DNA from: Promethearchaeota archaeon
Lineage (GTDB): Archaea > Asgardarchaeota > Lokiarchaeia > Sigyniarchaeales > SOKP01
Assembly: GCA_016839705.1 (NCBI GenBank)
Contig: JAEOTR010000060.1
Span: 1 to 64,000 of the forward strand
DNA length: 64,000 nucleotides
Direction of reading: 5' to 3'
Shown: one piece after another, positions 30,255 to 40,549 of the stretch
How positions within the stretch are numbered: position 1 is the first letter of the stretch
Layout: the number at the start of each line of letters is the position of its first letter
Translations under genes and position numbers: made by a program
The notes under the pieces: generated by a model
Told to the model about the DNA's origin: nothing
The model's input: only the letters and a program-made list of their open reading frames with translations
The model's database searches: none

Positions 30255-30677
30255 GTGCCAACTATTGAGAAAATTTATGCATGGGGTCACAAGAATATTT
30301 TATGTACTCATAAAACAACAATAGAGATTACTAAAGAAACAGATTTAACAAAAAGGGGAGATTGTGTTTTAGCAGTGGGCGCATCAAAAGCATGCTTAGA
30401 TCTAACTCCTGAATTAAAAAATAAGATTAAAAATGAAAAAAAGTTTAAAGTTAAATTGGAACTAGATGATATTCAAGATTATTTTTACGGTTTTGGAAAT
30501 AAAGAATTGAAATTGTTAGATAAATCTGACATGGTTTTTCGTAAAAGTAGTTTTATCTGTGATAGAACAGTCTTAATAAACTGTTCAAAATCATCCAAAG
30601 AATTAAGTAGGGAATTAGTTAATAAATTAAAAAATCCTAAAAAGAAATTATCTTTAATGTTTGAAGTAAATGAGTAA
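30255..30677 (+). CDS. DUF371-family protein
   Basis: GHKNI..THKTTIEITKE..LT.RGDC, MVFRKS.FI.DRT. Confidence 0.9.
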   Translation: MPTIEKIYAWGHKNILCTHKTTIEITKETDLTKRGDCVLAVGASKACLDLTPELKNKIKNEKKFKVKLELDDIQDYFYGFGNKELKLLDKSDMVFRKSSFICDRTVLINCSKSSKELSRELVNKLKNPKKKLSLMFEVNE

Positions 30678-31830
30678 AAATGGGTGTAGTAATAAGGCGG
30701 AAATCAACTTTCTAAAAGTAAAAAAAACTAATGGCCAGTATATCATTCAATTACTAAAAGAACATTTTAAAAAAGATTCTATTATTGACCATAAGTATAA
30801 AGTATCTTATGAAGACAATTTCATATTCTTCCCTTTGGTAGAAAATAAAGATAATATTGAAAAATTAAAAAAAAAGATACACAGTTTTATAAAATATGAA
30901 ATTATCTCTCGACAACCGATTAATAAAGCAAACTACAAATACAAGTCTCTCCAAGAAGCTTTAACCGGGAAAATTCCTGAAAATTACTTCAGTATAATTC
31001 CAAAATCCTATGATATTATAGGAAATATCGCAATCTTAGAGTTTGAAAAACCATCTCAAATTGGGGATTATGAATTTAGTGAGTACAGAACCTTAATTGC
31101 TGACGCGGTGATTGGTGTAAATAAAAATGTTCAATCAGTATTTGAGAAAAAAAGTGAAATTAAAGGGGATTATCGACTAAGAGAATTTGCACATTTGAGT
31201 GGTGAAAATAAGTCAGAAACGACACATAGAGAAAATGGTTGCCAATTTAACCTTGATATAAAGAAAACATATTATACACCAAGATTAATATATGAACGAC
31301 GTAGAATTTCAAATCTTCAAATTCAGGACAACGAAATAATTGTTGATATGTTTGCTGGAGTAGGGCCTTTCTCAATTCAGATAGCTAAAGTTAATCATGT
31401 GAAAATTCATGCTTTTGATGTAAATCCACATGCTTATAATTACCTCCAAGAAAATATTGAAATAAACAAACTTAAAGAAGAGGTTTTACCGTACAATATT
31501 AATATTAGGGAGTTACTTCACCCTTCAAACCAAATTGGGAAACAGTTATATGGAACTGTAGATAGAGTTATAATGAATTTACCCGAACAATCAATATACT
31601 TTATTGACGTGACATGTTTCCTAATGAAAAAATCTGGTGGAATTTTACATTTTTATCAAATTTCAGAAAAACCAAATCCAATAGAAAAAACAATAAAAGA
31701 TTTAGATAAAAAGTTGAATGATTATAATTGGGTTATAGCTGAAATTGAAAATTCTAAAATAGTGAAATCTTATTCCCCAAAAGCAGAGTTAGTTGGAATA
31801 GATTTGGGTATCAAACCTTTGAATTCATGA
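30670..31830 (+). CDS. trm5: Trm5-family tRNA (G37) methyltransferase
   Basis: SYDIIGNIA, HRENG, VDMFAGVGPF, DRVIMNLP. Confidence 0.88.
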   Translation: MSKNGCSNKAEINFLKVKKTNGQYIIQLLKEHFKKDSIIDHKYKVSYEDNFIFFPLVENKDNIEKLKKKIHSFIKYEIISRQPINKANYKYKSLQEALTGKIPENYFSIIPKSYDIIGNIAILEFEKPSQIGDYEFSEYRTLIADAVIGVNKNVQSVFEKKSEIKGDYRLREFAHLSGENKSETTHRENGCQFNLDIKKTYYTPRLIYERRRISNLQIQDNEIIVDMFAGVGPFSIQIAKVNHVKIHAFDVNPHAYNYLQENIEINKLKEEVLPYNINIRELLHPSNQIGKQLYGTVDRVIMNLPEQSIYFIDVTCFLMKKSGGILHFYQISEKPNPIEKTIKDLDKKLNDYNWVIAEIENSKIVKSYSPKAELVGIDLGIKPLNS

Positions 31831-32005
31831 AAGAGTTGCTTATACATTTATCCAATCCACATTTTGAGTAAATTTTTTTATACTTAACATGGTTATTAAT
31901 TCATTACTTTGTTTAAAATCTTGAAAATAGTTTTTAGAGCTTAAAAAAAATTATCTCTTCTCTTAATTTAAATTAGTTTAAATACTCGAGTATAGAAAAA
32001 ATTAG

Positions 32006-33295
32006 ATGAACTTAATTAAAAGTAACTATCTCGCGTATTTTGTTGTCTATTTTACTATTAACATAATGAATATTTATCTTCTAATTTATTTCCCTTTGTA
32101 TTTTTTCGACGTTTTAAATATTAACCGGCAGGCTTTAGCGTTAACACAGTTCATTTCTAAAAGCACGTTGATACTAGCTATCTTTTTGGGCTATTTTTAT
32201 GATAAATTTGCTCAAAAGAAGAAATTTATTATATCAATTTCTGGAGCTATCTTTTTTTTTAGTTTTCTTCTATTTATTCTGTTCCGTAATACTTTATTTT
32301 GGTTTGGTGTCTTTCTATCAATAAGTTTGGTCACAAAAACGGTAATCCAAACAGGAATGAGTAAATTAATGTTTGAATTAGTTAAATCAAATGAAGACCT
32401 TAAAAAGAATGTGATACTGATCTCTAACGCGAGTTCCTCCCTTGGAGCATTTATACCGACGATTTTTTTTAGTATAATTGTCTTAGACTTTTATTCATTT
32501 TCTCTGTGGAATTCCTTCTTTCTAATCGGCTGGATAATTTCTTTTCCTCTTTTATTAACTTTCTTCCTGATTAAAGACACCAATCATGAGAGAATCAATA
32601 CTCAAAATGAGATAAAGTTAGTACCTCAGAACCAAGAAATAGGTATAAGTTCTAAATCTAAACTTTGGTTGACAATCATAGTATACGTTTCTTATTTTCT
32701 TTTTTGGGGCAGCTATTTGTTTGGATATCCATTAAGTTCTTGGATTACCTTTAAGTTTGGCCAGAATGCATTCAAATTTTATTCCTCCTTTTATATCATC
32801 TTCTTCCTTTTTAACATGACTGGATTTTTTATTGCAAAGAAAATCCATAAAGAAGGAAACGAAACGAAAGTCATAATGATAGGAATTTTTAGTGTTGTAA
32901 GTCTTTTTCTTATCTATCCATATATATCTTTTTTTCCAATTTTCTTCATTTTATACTCTTTTGAAGCTTTTATTTATGGCCTCGTGATATCCAACTTCTT
33001 ATATATTATTATTGATATTTCTAGAAGAGGAAAATATGAAAACCTAAAATACCAAATAATGCAGAGTTCCAGTTATTTAGGTAATGCAATTTTCACTTCA
33101 TTAGGTATATTTCTATCGAGCTATTTTTCTACAACATCATTGATGGTGATTTCAGCATTTTTTGTTCTGTTAGCTGCAGTTCCTTTGATAGTAAAAGAGA
33201 TATCATATTTTTCTACTAATAAAAATATGAAAATTAATCTACAGAATCAGAAAATCATGGTAGGATATAATAAAAGCTCCTTGAAAATGGATTGA
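32006..33295 (+). CDS. MFS transporter
   Basis: About 12 TM segments; motif-A-like GYFYDKFAQKK. Confidence 0.75.
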   Translation: MNLIKSNYLAYFVVYFTINIMNIYLLIYFPLYFFDVLNINRQALALTQFISKSTLILAIFLGYFYDKFAQKKKFIISISGAIFFFSFLLFILFRNTLFWFGVFLSISLVTKTVIQTGMSKLMFELVKSNEDLKKNVILISNASSSLGAFIPTIFFSIIVLDFYSFSLWNSFFLIGWIISFPLLLTFFLIKDTNHERINTQNEIKLVPQNQEIGISSKSKLWLTIIVYVSYFLFWGSYLFGYPLSSWITFKFGQNAFKFYSSFYIIFFLFNMTGFFIAKKIHKEGNETKVIMIGIFSVVSLFLIYPYISFFPIFFILYSFEAFIYGLVISNFLYIIIDISRRGKYENLKYQIMQSSSYLGNAIFTSLGIFLSSYFSTTSLMVISAFFVLLAAVPLIVKEISYFSTNKNMKINLQNQKIMVGYNKSSLKMD

Positions 33296-33423
33296 AGTTT
33301 AATGGTTACAGATTTAAAACTTCAAGCACATAACATTATTAATATATTAAACGAATTTTTATTCAAATACAAAAATTCGCTCAGGAATTAAGTTTTATTG
33401 TTTAATAAAAGAATGAGATTAAG

Positions 33424-33523
33424 CGGACCTGGCAGGAATCGAACCTGCGATCTTTGGATTAGAAGTCCAACGCCATATTTACCCAATTTTTAATAAAAAA
33501 CCACCAGGCTTGGCTACAGGTCC
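33424..33523 (-). tRNA. tRNA-Arg(TCT) with 25-nt intron (33503-33479) at position 19/20
   Basis: Acceptor GGACCTG/CAGGTCC, anticodon arm TTGGA-CTTCTAA-TCCAA. BHB-like junction: helix GCCT/GGGT with bulges GGT and AAA. Confidence 0.92.
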
Positions 33524-33860
33524 ATGATGAAGTTATTTAATATTTAGAATACAATATTATCTTTAAATTTTTGCTAAGGGATTTCTAATCGATTTAGGAC
33601 ATGAAATAATAGATAGAAAAAAAGAATCAACTTAAAATAAATTTAATCTCAATTAATTGAATGAAGGTGATGGATTTTAGAAGGAGATTTATCTTGTATC
33701 CTTCATAAGTAATTACGTCGGTAAGAATTTCCTTAAGGGCATTTACTAAATTAATAATTTATTAATATATTTCCTTTAATAAATGAGATTCTTTAATTAA
33801 ATTTAAGATAAATGATGAATTTTGCAGTTTGAATTAGTAAGTTAAAGGAGAGTATCGAAT

Positions 33861-34592
33861 TTGTATATAAAGCTCAAAACCAAACTTTATATCCATCAAA
33901 ATATACCTTATTCTTTTAATTGGAATAAACAAAATCATAAAGACAAATACTCTCAGATAACTTCTAATCGAGAAGAATTAAATAAATTAAAAATGCACTT
34001 CAAAAGAGTATATGATGGGATAATCCCTAATAACTTATTTAATTCTCGAAACCTCCCGAGAATCTCACAATTTAAAATAAGGGGTATAAAAACTAGCTTT
34101 ATTAGGAGTTTTAGTAAAAAATTAATCAGATCCGATAAAATAAAATACCACGATTCAAATTCAAAATTACCCCTTCATGCTCAAAAAGTTTTTGAAATTT
34201 ATAGGGTAAATAGAATACCCGGAAACCCCGGACATGAACCAATTCTAAAAAATATCCTAATTAAGGATAAAAATTCAATAGCTATTGAAGTTCCAGTTTG
34301 GAATGAAGCAGAGGCCCAGCGGATTACTGGACATATAGATTTAATCCAAGTTGAAAACAATACAGTTAAGGTTATTGATTATAAACCAGAGGGCAATTTT
34401 CTCTTTTCTTTACCACAAGTGGCCATGTATGGATTTATATTAAAATCTAAATTGAATATTAAAAATCTTAAATGTATTTCCTTTAATAAAGAAGAAGCTT
34501 GGGAATATGACCCTAACATCTTATTGTCTGACATAAAAGATTATTTGGTTTCCCATCGAATTAATGAAAGACCCTGGGAAAATTATTTATGA
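33861..34592 (+). CDS. PD-(D/E)XK nuclease (RecB-like)
   Basis: EVPV...GHIDL...IDYK...QVAMY. Confidence 0.85.
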   Translation: MYIKLKTKLYIHQNIPYSFNWNKQNHKDKYSQITSNREELNKLKMHFKRVYDGIIPNNLFNSRNLPRISQFKIRGIKTSFIRSFSKKLIRSDKIKYHDSNSKLPLHAQKVFEIYRVNRIPGNPGHEPILKNILIKDKNSIAIEVPVWNEAEAQRITGHIDLIQVENNTVKVIDYKPEGNFLFSLPQVAMYGFILKSKLNIKNLKCISFNKEEAWEYDPNILLSDIKDYLVSHRINERPWENYL

Positions 34593-34613
34593 AATCTTAA
34601 AAAATTAAGGAGT

Positions 34614-34880
34614 TCATTCTTTCCCTTCTGATTTTCCTTGATCTACTTTAGATTTTAGGTATCCCTTCAATAGTAAATAACACAAAAATAAGGAAATAAA
34701 CTCAATAATTAAGCCAAAAAAAGTGATTACTGTTCCATTATACCCGAGATATCTTAATAATATTGCTATAACTAACCCTGAAGAGGCTAATGCAAAAATG
34801 ATAAAACTTTTTACAATTTCCTTAAACGAATCTTTAATGTAAACTATTTCTCTCTTAATCCAAGAAAATACTGAGGGCAT
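34614..34880 (-). CDS. Small two-TM protein
   Basis: Two hydrophobic helices. Confidence 0.65.
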   Translation of the reverse strand: MPSVFSWIKREIVYIKDSFKEIVKSFIIFALASSGLVIAILLRYLGYNGTVITFFGLIIEFISLFLCYLLLKGYLKSKVDQGKSEGKE

Positions 34881-34988
34881 AAATAATAATCTGTGTTTTG
34901 TAATAATTTTTTAAATAAATTAAATAAAGAATATTTTAATATCTTTCTTATTTTGTAGGGAAGTCTGACAACACTATTATTCTATTTC

Positions 34989-37220
34989 TTACTTTTTTTT
35001 AAATTTAGAATATAACGCTTTATCTAATAAACGTCCGATTTTTTTAGCTAATTGTGTAGCAATTTCATACCTTTCACCATCAAGTAGGCCTGGTTTATCT
35101 TTTGGGATTTTATTTATACCTCCTCTTTTATTTAGAACATCTACGCCTAATTTACTTACCATATTCCTGATTTTTTCATAGTCAGGTAGATTTATTTTGG
35201 GATCAAAAGATCTGATTTTTTCTACAGCAAAATTAAAGAATTCGCTCATTAAATCTATTGGATCTCCTTTCAATTCGCTATGAAGTTTAATATTTTCAAT
35301 CGCTGTTTTAGAATCTTTTTCTTGCCAATAAAGTTGATTCGGATTAATACCAGGACTGTTAATTCTCATAAGTGAACCCGTAATTCTTCTTTCAATCCAA
35401 TTCAATGTACTAAGTTCTTGTATTTCACGTATTTTCTTAGCTTCTACTTCCTTTTCTTTTTCTTTTTCTTCAATTTTTTGTTCTACTTCGATTTTCCTTG
35501 CTCGCTCAACCTTTTCTAATCTTTTGACTAGGTCATACCCAATACAATAAGATATAGGTGATATTAAATCCGATTTTAATTTTAATGAAGCGATATCCTC
35601 ATAGATCGGGCTAACATCATTCTCTAATTCAGATATCCCCTCTTTTAAGGATGTTTCAATAAGTCGGGCTAAAATAAAGCCATTAACAAGGAACGGTTGA
35701 TTTGAAGCATTTAATACAATAACTAATTCCTCTTGTCGCTTGAATATACGGTCAATTATTAATTCTTCTAGCTTAATTCTTACCCATTCCTCTGATTCTG
35801 TAGTACCAAAAATCTTTTTCAAGGCTAGAAGGTATAAGGATCTATCATTAGAAACTTTAAAAAATAATTCAATTATTCGACTGAGTTGCCTTAAAATTTT
35901 AGATAAGATATAGAAAAAAATGTCCCTTGCGATTTCATTGATGATTTCATCAAATTCAAGAATGAATATTATATGAGAATAATTCATTAATTTTAATTCA
36001 TCAATAAACACTCTATCAATAATTTGCTTTTTTTTTTTATAATCTTGCCTATCAGTTTTATTAGGTTTTTGATCGTTTAACGCTAAGAGGTCAGGTTTTT
36101 TTAGATTGTACCTGATCATATTTCTTTTTACGTTTTCAGCTAAATCTTTATCTAAGTTTAATAAATAAGGAATGTTAAAAACTCCATACCTATTCAAAAT
36201 ATAAACAATTTCATCAAAGCTCGATTCATTTAAACATTGTAAATAATAAATAAAATCATTCGGATTCTCTTTCAATTTTCTTACTAAGACGAATTTTAAA
36301 TAATTAAGAATTTTATTTTCAAACTGCTCATAATTTATTTTTTCTTTAAGACCCTCCTCAATGTTCTTTATTAAATATTTTTTAATTTCATTAGCAGCTT
36401 TGAATGCTTTCATTCCGGGAATAGAAATAGGAAAACGGTCAAAATTATAATCCACGACACGCCTTTTAATCATTCTTACTGGCATAGCCTCAATTTGTAA
36501 TTCTTTATATGACTTAAACTCAAAATTTGAACGAAGTTTGTTTATAATTCTACTCAATGAGGCTAATTCGATAAATTTATCTTCTTTTTCCTCTGATTCC
36601 AGTTTTTTTTCAATATCAACAGAGATTTCCTTAAAAGCGGAACTTTCTTCCAATATATCTGTCTTAACTTTATTAACTAAACCTATAAGATCGCTAATTA
36701 AGTCATAAAAATAAAATGGTGGATAATTGATTATAATTTCTTGAATTTCTTGTTCAATTCGACCCTCAATATCTTTAATCATTTTTTCCCTTTCAATTTC
36801 TTGGAGTTCGGGTGATCTCTCTTCAATTAAAAGGGAAAGAAAATTATTTTCAAGGTCTATTATCTTATTGAGAAGGTTCACCTCTAAAGAAAGTGAATTT
36901 TTTAAAAGGGTCTCTACTTCCTCAAATAAATTTCTCTTTTCAAATGATTCTAAATTTCTTGTTGAATCGAAGGTAAACTTACTTGAGTCCAGGGCACTCT
37001 TTACTCTAATCCCTAAATTATGATATATATGAATTGTGGCAGTTGCAATTAATAAATCATTGAAGGTTGTGTCTTTGCTAACAAGTTCAAAGATTTTACT
37101 CATATCCGCTTCTCTTTTGAAATGTGAAATTATTAAATCAACTGTCTGAAAAAACCTAGATGTACTTTCAACTGCTGTTGTTTTTCTCTTTACACCACTT
37201 ATCATACCTACTTCATCCAC
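34989..37220 (-). CDS. Large helical hypothetical protein
   Basis: 743-aa ORF overlapping the upstream ORF by 13 nt. Confidence 0.8.
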   Translation of the reverse strand: MDEVGMISGVKRKTTAVESTSRFFQTVDLIISHFKREADMSKIFELVSKDTTFNDLLIATATIHIYHNLGIRVKSALDSSKFTFDSTRNLESFEKRNLFEEVETLLKNSLSLEVNLLNKIIDLENNFLSLLIEERSPELQEIEREKMIKDIEGRIEQEIQEIIINYPPFYFYDLISDLIGLVNKVKTDILEESSAFKEISVDIEKKLESEEKEDKFIELASLSRIINKLRSNFEFKSYKELQIEAMPVRMIKRRVVDYNFDRFPISIPGMKAFKAANEIKKYLIKNIEEGLKEKINYEQFENKILNYLKFVLVRKLKENPNDFIYYLQCLNESSFDEIVYILNRYGVFNIPYLLNLDKDLAENVKRNMIRYNLKKPDLLALNDQKPNKTDRQDYKKKKQIIDRVFIDELKLMNYSHIIFILEFDEIINEIARDIFFYILSKILRQLSRIIELFFKVSNDRSLYLLALKKIFGTTESEEWVRIKLEELIIDRIFKRQEELVIVLNASNQPFLVNGFILARLIETSLKEGISELENDVSPIYEDIASLKLKSDLISPISYCIGYDLVKRLEKVERARKIEVEQKIEEKEKEKEVEAKKIREIQELSTLNWIERRITGSLMRINSPGINPNQLYWQEKDSKTAIENIKLHSELKGDPIDLMSEFFNFAVEKIRSFDPKINLPDYEKIRNMVSKLGVDVLNKRGGINKIPKDKPGLLDGERYEIATQLAKKIGRLLDKALYSKFKKK

Positions 37221-39502
37221 TCCCTATAGACTTCTTTAAAATTATCTGATAACTCAAATCGAACATTATTATGCCAAAACTTAAAATCTATTACATGAAA
37301 TAGATCTCCCTTAAACAACTCTTTTTCTTCATTTGTTAAATTATGCTTTAAAATTAAAGAGAGGGGTCTTGGGATAAGTTTTGAAAAGTATTTTAGGTAG
37401 ATCTTTTCTATATATTCATTATAGGTATCAATATTGTTAATATTGAAGAAGTTAATCGGAACTCCTTGCTCAATTTGAAAATCTAATGTGCCAATAGCTT
37501 CTTTAATTTTTCGTTTAACATACTTTGGGAATTCTTCATTTATTCCTAAGCTTAATTCATATTGTTTATAAAATTCAATTAATTTCCTTTTTTCTTGGGC
37601 ATCGGAGATACCTGCGATATAATTATCCAAGAATTCTAAAAACTTGTTTAATTTCTGTTCATTAGTTTCTCGATTCTCAAAATATTCTAAGAAATTAGTA
37701 TAAATTTCGGTTAAAGTCCAATCTCTTCTTTCTTCAATTTTGAGGAATTTTTTAGAATAGTCATTTATCCACTGTAAAACATACGATTTCCATTCTAAGT
37801 TAATTCCACCGATCCTTTTCTCTAAAAAGCGATAGAATTTATTGGTAAAGCTAATAGGATCTTGTACTTCACTTCCGGATTCATCCTTAATAAACCGATT
37901 TATCGTTGAGTGCCTTAGAATGTAGCTCAATAAGTAGTCTAACTCACTCGAGAACTTTTTAAACTTATCTATATGAAATTTAATTAGATTAATGTTCTGA
38001 TCTATTTGGATTTCAGCAAAGGAAACTAGATCTTCTATTTTCAAACTAATCTTATCAAAAAAAGTGTCAATGTTATTATTAACTAGATTACGGAATTCTA
38101 AAATTAACTTGTTTTCTTCAAAAGTTTTTGATAATGTAGTTGATTCAACTTCTATTAGATTAAAAAGATGATCTATAAATTCCTGTATTAATTTTAATCC
38201 CAAAATCTTTGCTGGTTTTTTTTCCTTATTAAATTGAACCTTAAGATTTTCTGTTAATTCAATTGCTAGTGTTTTTAATCGACGGTGAGAAAGATATGCG
38301 GGAAAGGATCTTCTAATCATATCTAAGCTTCTTTTTACAATTTCTGAAAAATAATTAAATACTGATTTTAATTCTGAAATCCTTAAATTCTCCTTTTGAA
38401 TAACGGAATGATTAAGGAACTTAATAATAATTTCGCAAATTTCTTTAAAATCTTCATTTTCTAATTTTCCTTTATTTACAATGAAAAGGGAGTAATTTTC
38501 TACTAATACCGATAAATCTCCCATTTCTCCCGTTGCGAGAAAATCATGTGAATACTCTAAAAATTTGTTTAAATATCTTTCCAAGGCTAATAATATCTTG
38601 GAACTTTGAGAAATTAACCACTCTCCATTTTGAAGTTCTTTTGAATCAACAATCTCTTTTCTGATACTTTTTATTAAAAATTTAACTAATTCATCTTGAT
38701 ACTCATCCAACGTTCCCATATTTGCCAGGTTGATAAGACTTGTTCCCAGATTTAATGTCTTATCAACAATAAAGTTCGCACTTGGCTCAGATATCGAATA
38801 TTTAAGGTGTTCCAGTGCCTCTTGACCTTCAAAAGGCATCTTCACCTTTTCAAACCTACTATTTAATAAATTAATTTCAATAGGTTTTTTATACCATAAA
38901 ACTTCTACGTCTGATATAATTTTAGCATATGTAGTTAACATTTCCTTTTCTGTTGGTAGTGATGTGCTTAAACCAATTAGTCTTTTATTCCATTTTTCTT
39001 CGATTAAATCCCCAAAAATCTTTTTGCTAAACCTTGAAGCAAATTTATTATAAAACATCTGTCTACTTTTGTTAGAAAAGTCTGGGCGATCAGCAAATTC
39101 TTCAACTTCATAAAAGAGTTTGCTTATACTATTCATTGAAGCACTGGATTTGTGAACATCCAAATACCCAGTCTCTGGTTTTAAGGCAAGGAGCAAACTC
39201 TCACATTCCTTAAACTCTCCTGGAATAAATATCATCGATTTAGGATAAATCTGCGTTTTTGCAGCTTTTTCATCAAGATTATATAATTCAAACTCAATAC
39301 TAAACACTTCTGCTCCAGTATAGTCCCTTAATATAGCATTATACATCGCTAAATATTTTATAACCTCCTGTGAGAGCTCATTAACTTTTTCTCTTGTCAA
39401 TCTTCCGGGACCAATAACGTCACCAGCGATGAGATCATTTGGGGATGAGTATCCAAATATTAAAGAAAATTGGTAATTAATAGATTCTCGTGTGGTTATC
39501 AT
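37208..39502 (-). CDS. Large helical hypothetical protein
   Basis: 764-aa ORF. Confidence 0.8.
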   Translation of the reverse strand: MITTRESINYQFSLIFGYSSPNDLIAGDVIGPGRLTREKVNELSQEVIKYLAMYNAILRDYTGAEVFSIEFELYNLDEKAAKTQIYPKSMIFIPGEFKECESLLLALKPETGYLDVHKSSASMNSISKLFYEVEEFADRPDFSNKSRQMFYNKFASRFSKKIFGDLIEEKWNKRLIGLSTSLPTEKEMLTTYAKIISDVEVLWYKKPIEINLLNSRFEKVKMPFEGQEALEHLKYSISEPSANFIVDKTLNLGTSLINLANMGTLDEYQDELVKFLIKSIRKEIVDSKELQNGEWLISQSSKILLALERYLNKFLEYSHDFLATGEMGDLSVLVENYSLFIVNKGKLENEDFKEICEIIIKFLNHSVIQKENLRISELKSVFNYFSEIVKRSLDMIRRSFPAYLSHRRLKTLAIELTENLKVQFNKEKKPAKILGLKLIQEFIDHLFNLIEVESTTLSKTFEENKLILEFRNLVNNNIDTFFDKISLKIEDLVSFAEIQIDQNINLIKFHIDKFKKFSSELDYLLSYILRHSTINRFIKDESGSEVQDPISFTNKFYRFLEKRIGGINLEWKSYVLQWINDYSKKFLKIEERRDWTLTEIYTNFLEYFENRETNEQKLNKFLEFLDNYIAGISDAQEKRKLIEFYKQYELSLGINEEFPKYVKRKIKEAIGTLDFQIEQGVPINFFNINNIDTYNEYIEKIYLKYFSKLIPRPLSLILKHNLTNEEKELFKGDLFHVIDFKFWHNNVRFELSDNFKEVYREWMK

Positions 39503-39793
39503 AATTTCTGTAAAGGCAAATGTTAGTTTCTTATTTTAAAAACTAATAGTAATTAATCCTTTTAAATGAATTTAAACAAAATTTAGGAATTGTTGTAAAT
39601 ATTTTTAAGTTTATATAATATTAAAATTTACTATTGATTGATATGTTGTTATAACACGTAGATCTCTTTAATGAATTCTTGTTTTTAATCTGCTTTTACA
39701 ACACAATATAAAAATAAAAATATAATAAGCAAAATAATTATTATAATTATAATATTTTATAAAAATTCCTTAAAGCACTAAAGGTGTAGGCTT

Positions 39794-40198
39794 ATACAGT
39801 TTGGATCCGATTTAGGTATAAATCAAGAAGATATAGAGAAAATTAGTCCACAAATTACCTTTATAACCTCTAATGCAGATATTGAAGCGATTGCGCTTGT
39901 CAGTTCTGAAGGTTACCAGATTGCATTTTCAGCATTACCCCAATATCATGTGGATGGGGACCAATTTTGCGGACTTGCAAGTGCATTATTAATGACAGGT
40001 AGATCTACTATTCAAACATTATTTCAGGAGGATTTAAGTGAAGTCATTGTTAGGGCAGAAAATGGTTATATTATCATAACCAACGCTGGAAGATTAGTAA
40101 TAGTTTGTGCGGGAACTATTATTGATACTTTGATGAAATCTGTAAAAGTCATGCGCATAGCGGCTAAAAACCTATATAAAATATTCGAGAATCGATAA
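39794..40198 (+). CDS. Roadblock/LC7 protein (extended to a probable ATA start)
   Basis: The frame upstream of GTG 39950 encodes the missing roadblock elements ADIEAIALVSSEGYQIAFS. Downstream it reads EVIVRAENGYIII. Confidence 0.8.
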   Translation: MQFGSDLGINQEDIEKISPQITFITSNADIEAIALVSSEGYQIAFSALPQYHVDGDQFCGLASALLMTGRSTIQTLFQEDLSEVIVRAENGYIIITNAGRLVIVCAGTIIDTLMKSVKVMRIAAKNLYKIFENR

Positions 40199-40375
40199 TA
40201 CTTTTTTTTTGGTTATTTCCTATCAAGGGAAATCTGCTTTCAATTTTAACAAAAATGTAAAACCATATACCCATAGTTTAAAAATATTACAAAAATATCA
40301 AAAGGAAAGAGTTAACTTTTTAAGCCTTAAAATAAAATAATCAATAACATTATAATAACTTTAAAATAATGTCTT

Positions 40376-40444
40376 ATGACGCTTGCTAAAAACCTTCTGT
40401 GGTGTTGGCAGTGGCCTTGGCGTGGCGATAACGCCTTTGCATAG
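40376..40444 (+). CDS. Putative Trp leader peptide MTLAKNLLWCWQWPWRGDNAFA
   Basis: 22 codons including four TGG, ending 136 nt upstream of trpB2 on the same strand. Confidence 0.75.
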   Translation: MTLAKNLLWCWQWPWRGDNAFA

Positions 40445-40518
40445 GACTTAATTTAATGAAAGCATCTCTCTTCTCTTGGTTTTACCCTTTCAAAAATTAA
40501 ATTTATATCTTTTATGCG

Positions 40519-40549
40519 CATTAATCTATTGGCATCCAATAAATTAATG
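40519..40549. promoter_or_regulatory. Inverted repeat/hairpin in the trpB2 leader
   Basis: CATTAATcTATTGG-CAT-CCAATAaATTAATG, a 13-bp stem with one mismatch. Confidence 0.6.

Noticed and set aside
33811-33835. Second C/D sRNA at ATGATGA
   Set aside because: No properly spaced CTGA, terminal stem or recognisable guide.
32006-34592. Integrated element at tRNA-Arg, or Cas4/CRISPR
   Set aside because: No integrase, att duplication or repeat array, and the nuclease lacks the Cas4 Fe-S cysteines.
40369-40389. Alternative mini-ORF MSYDAC*
   Set aside because: Six codons with no informative content; noted only because it overlaps the leader start.
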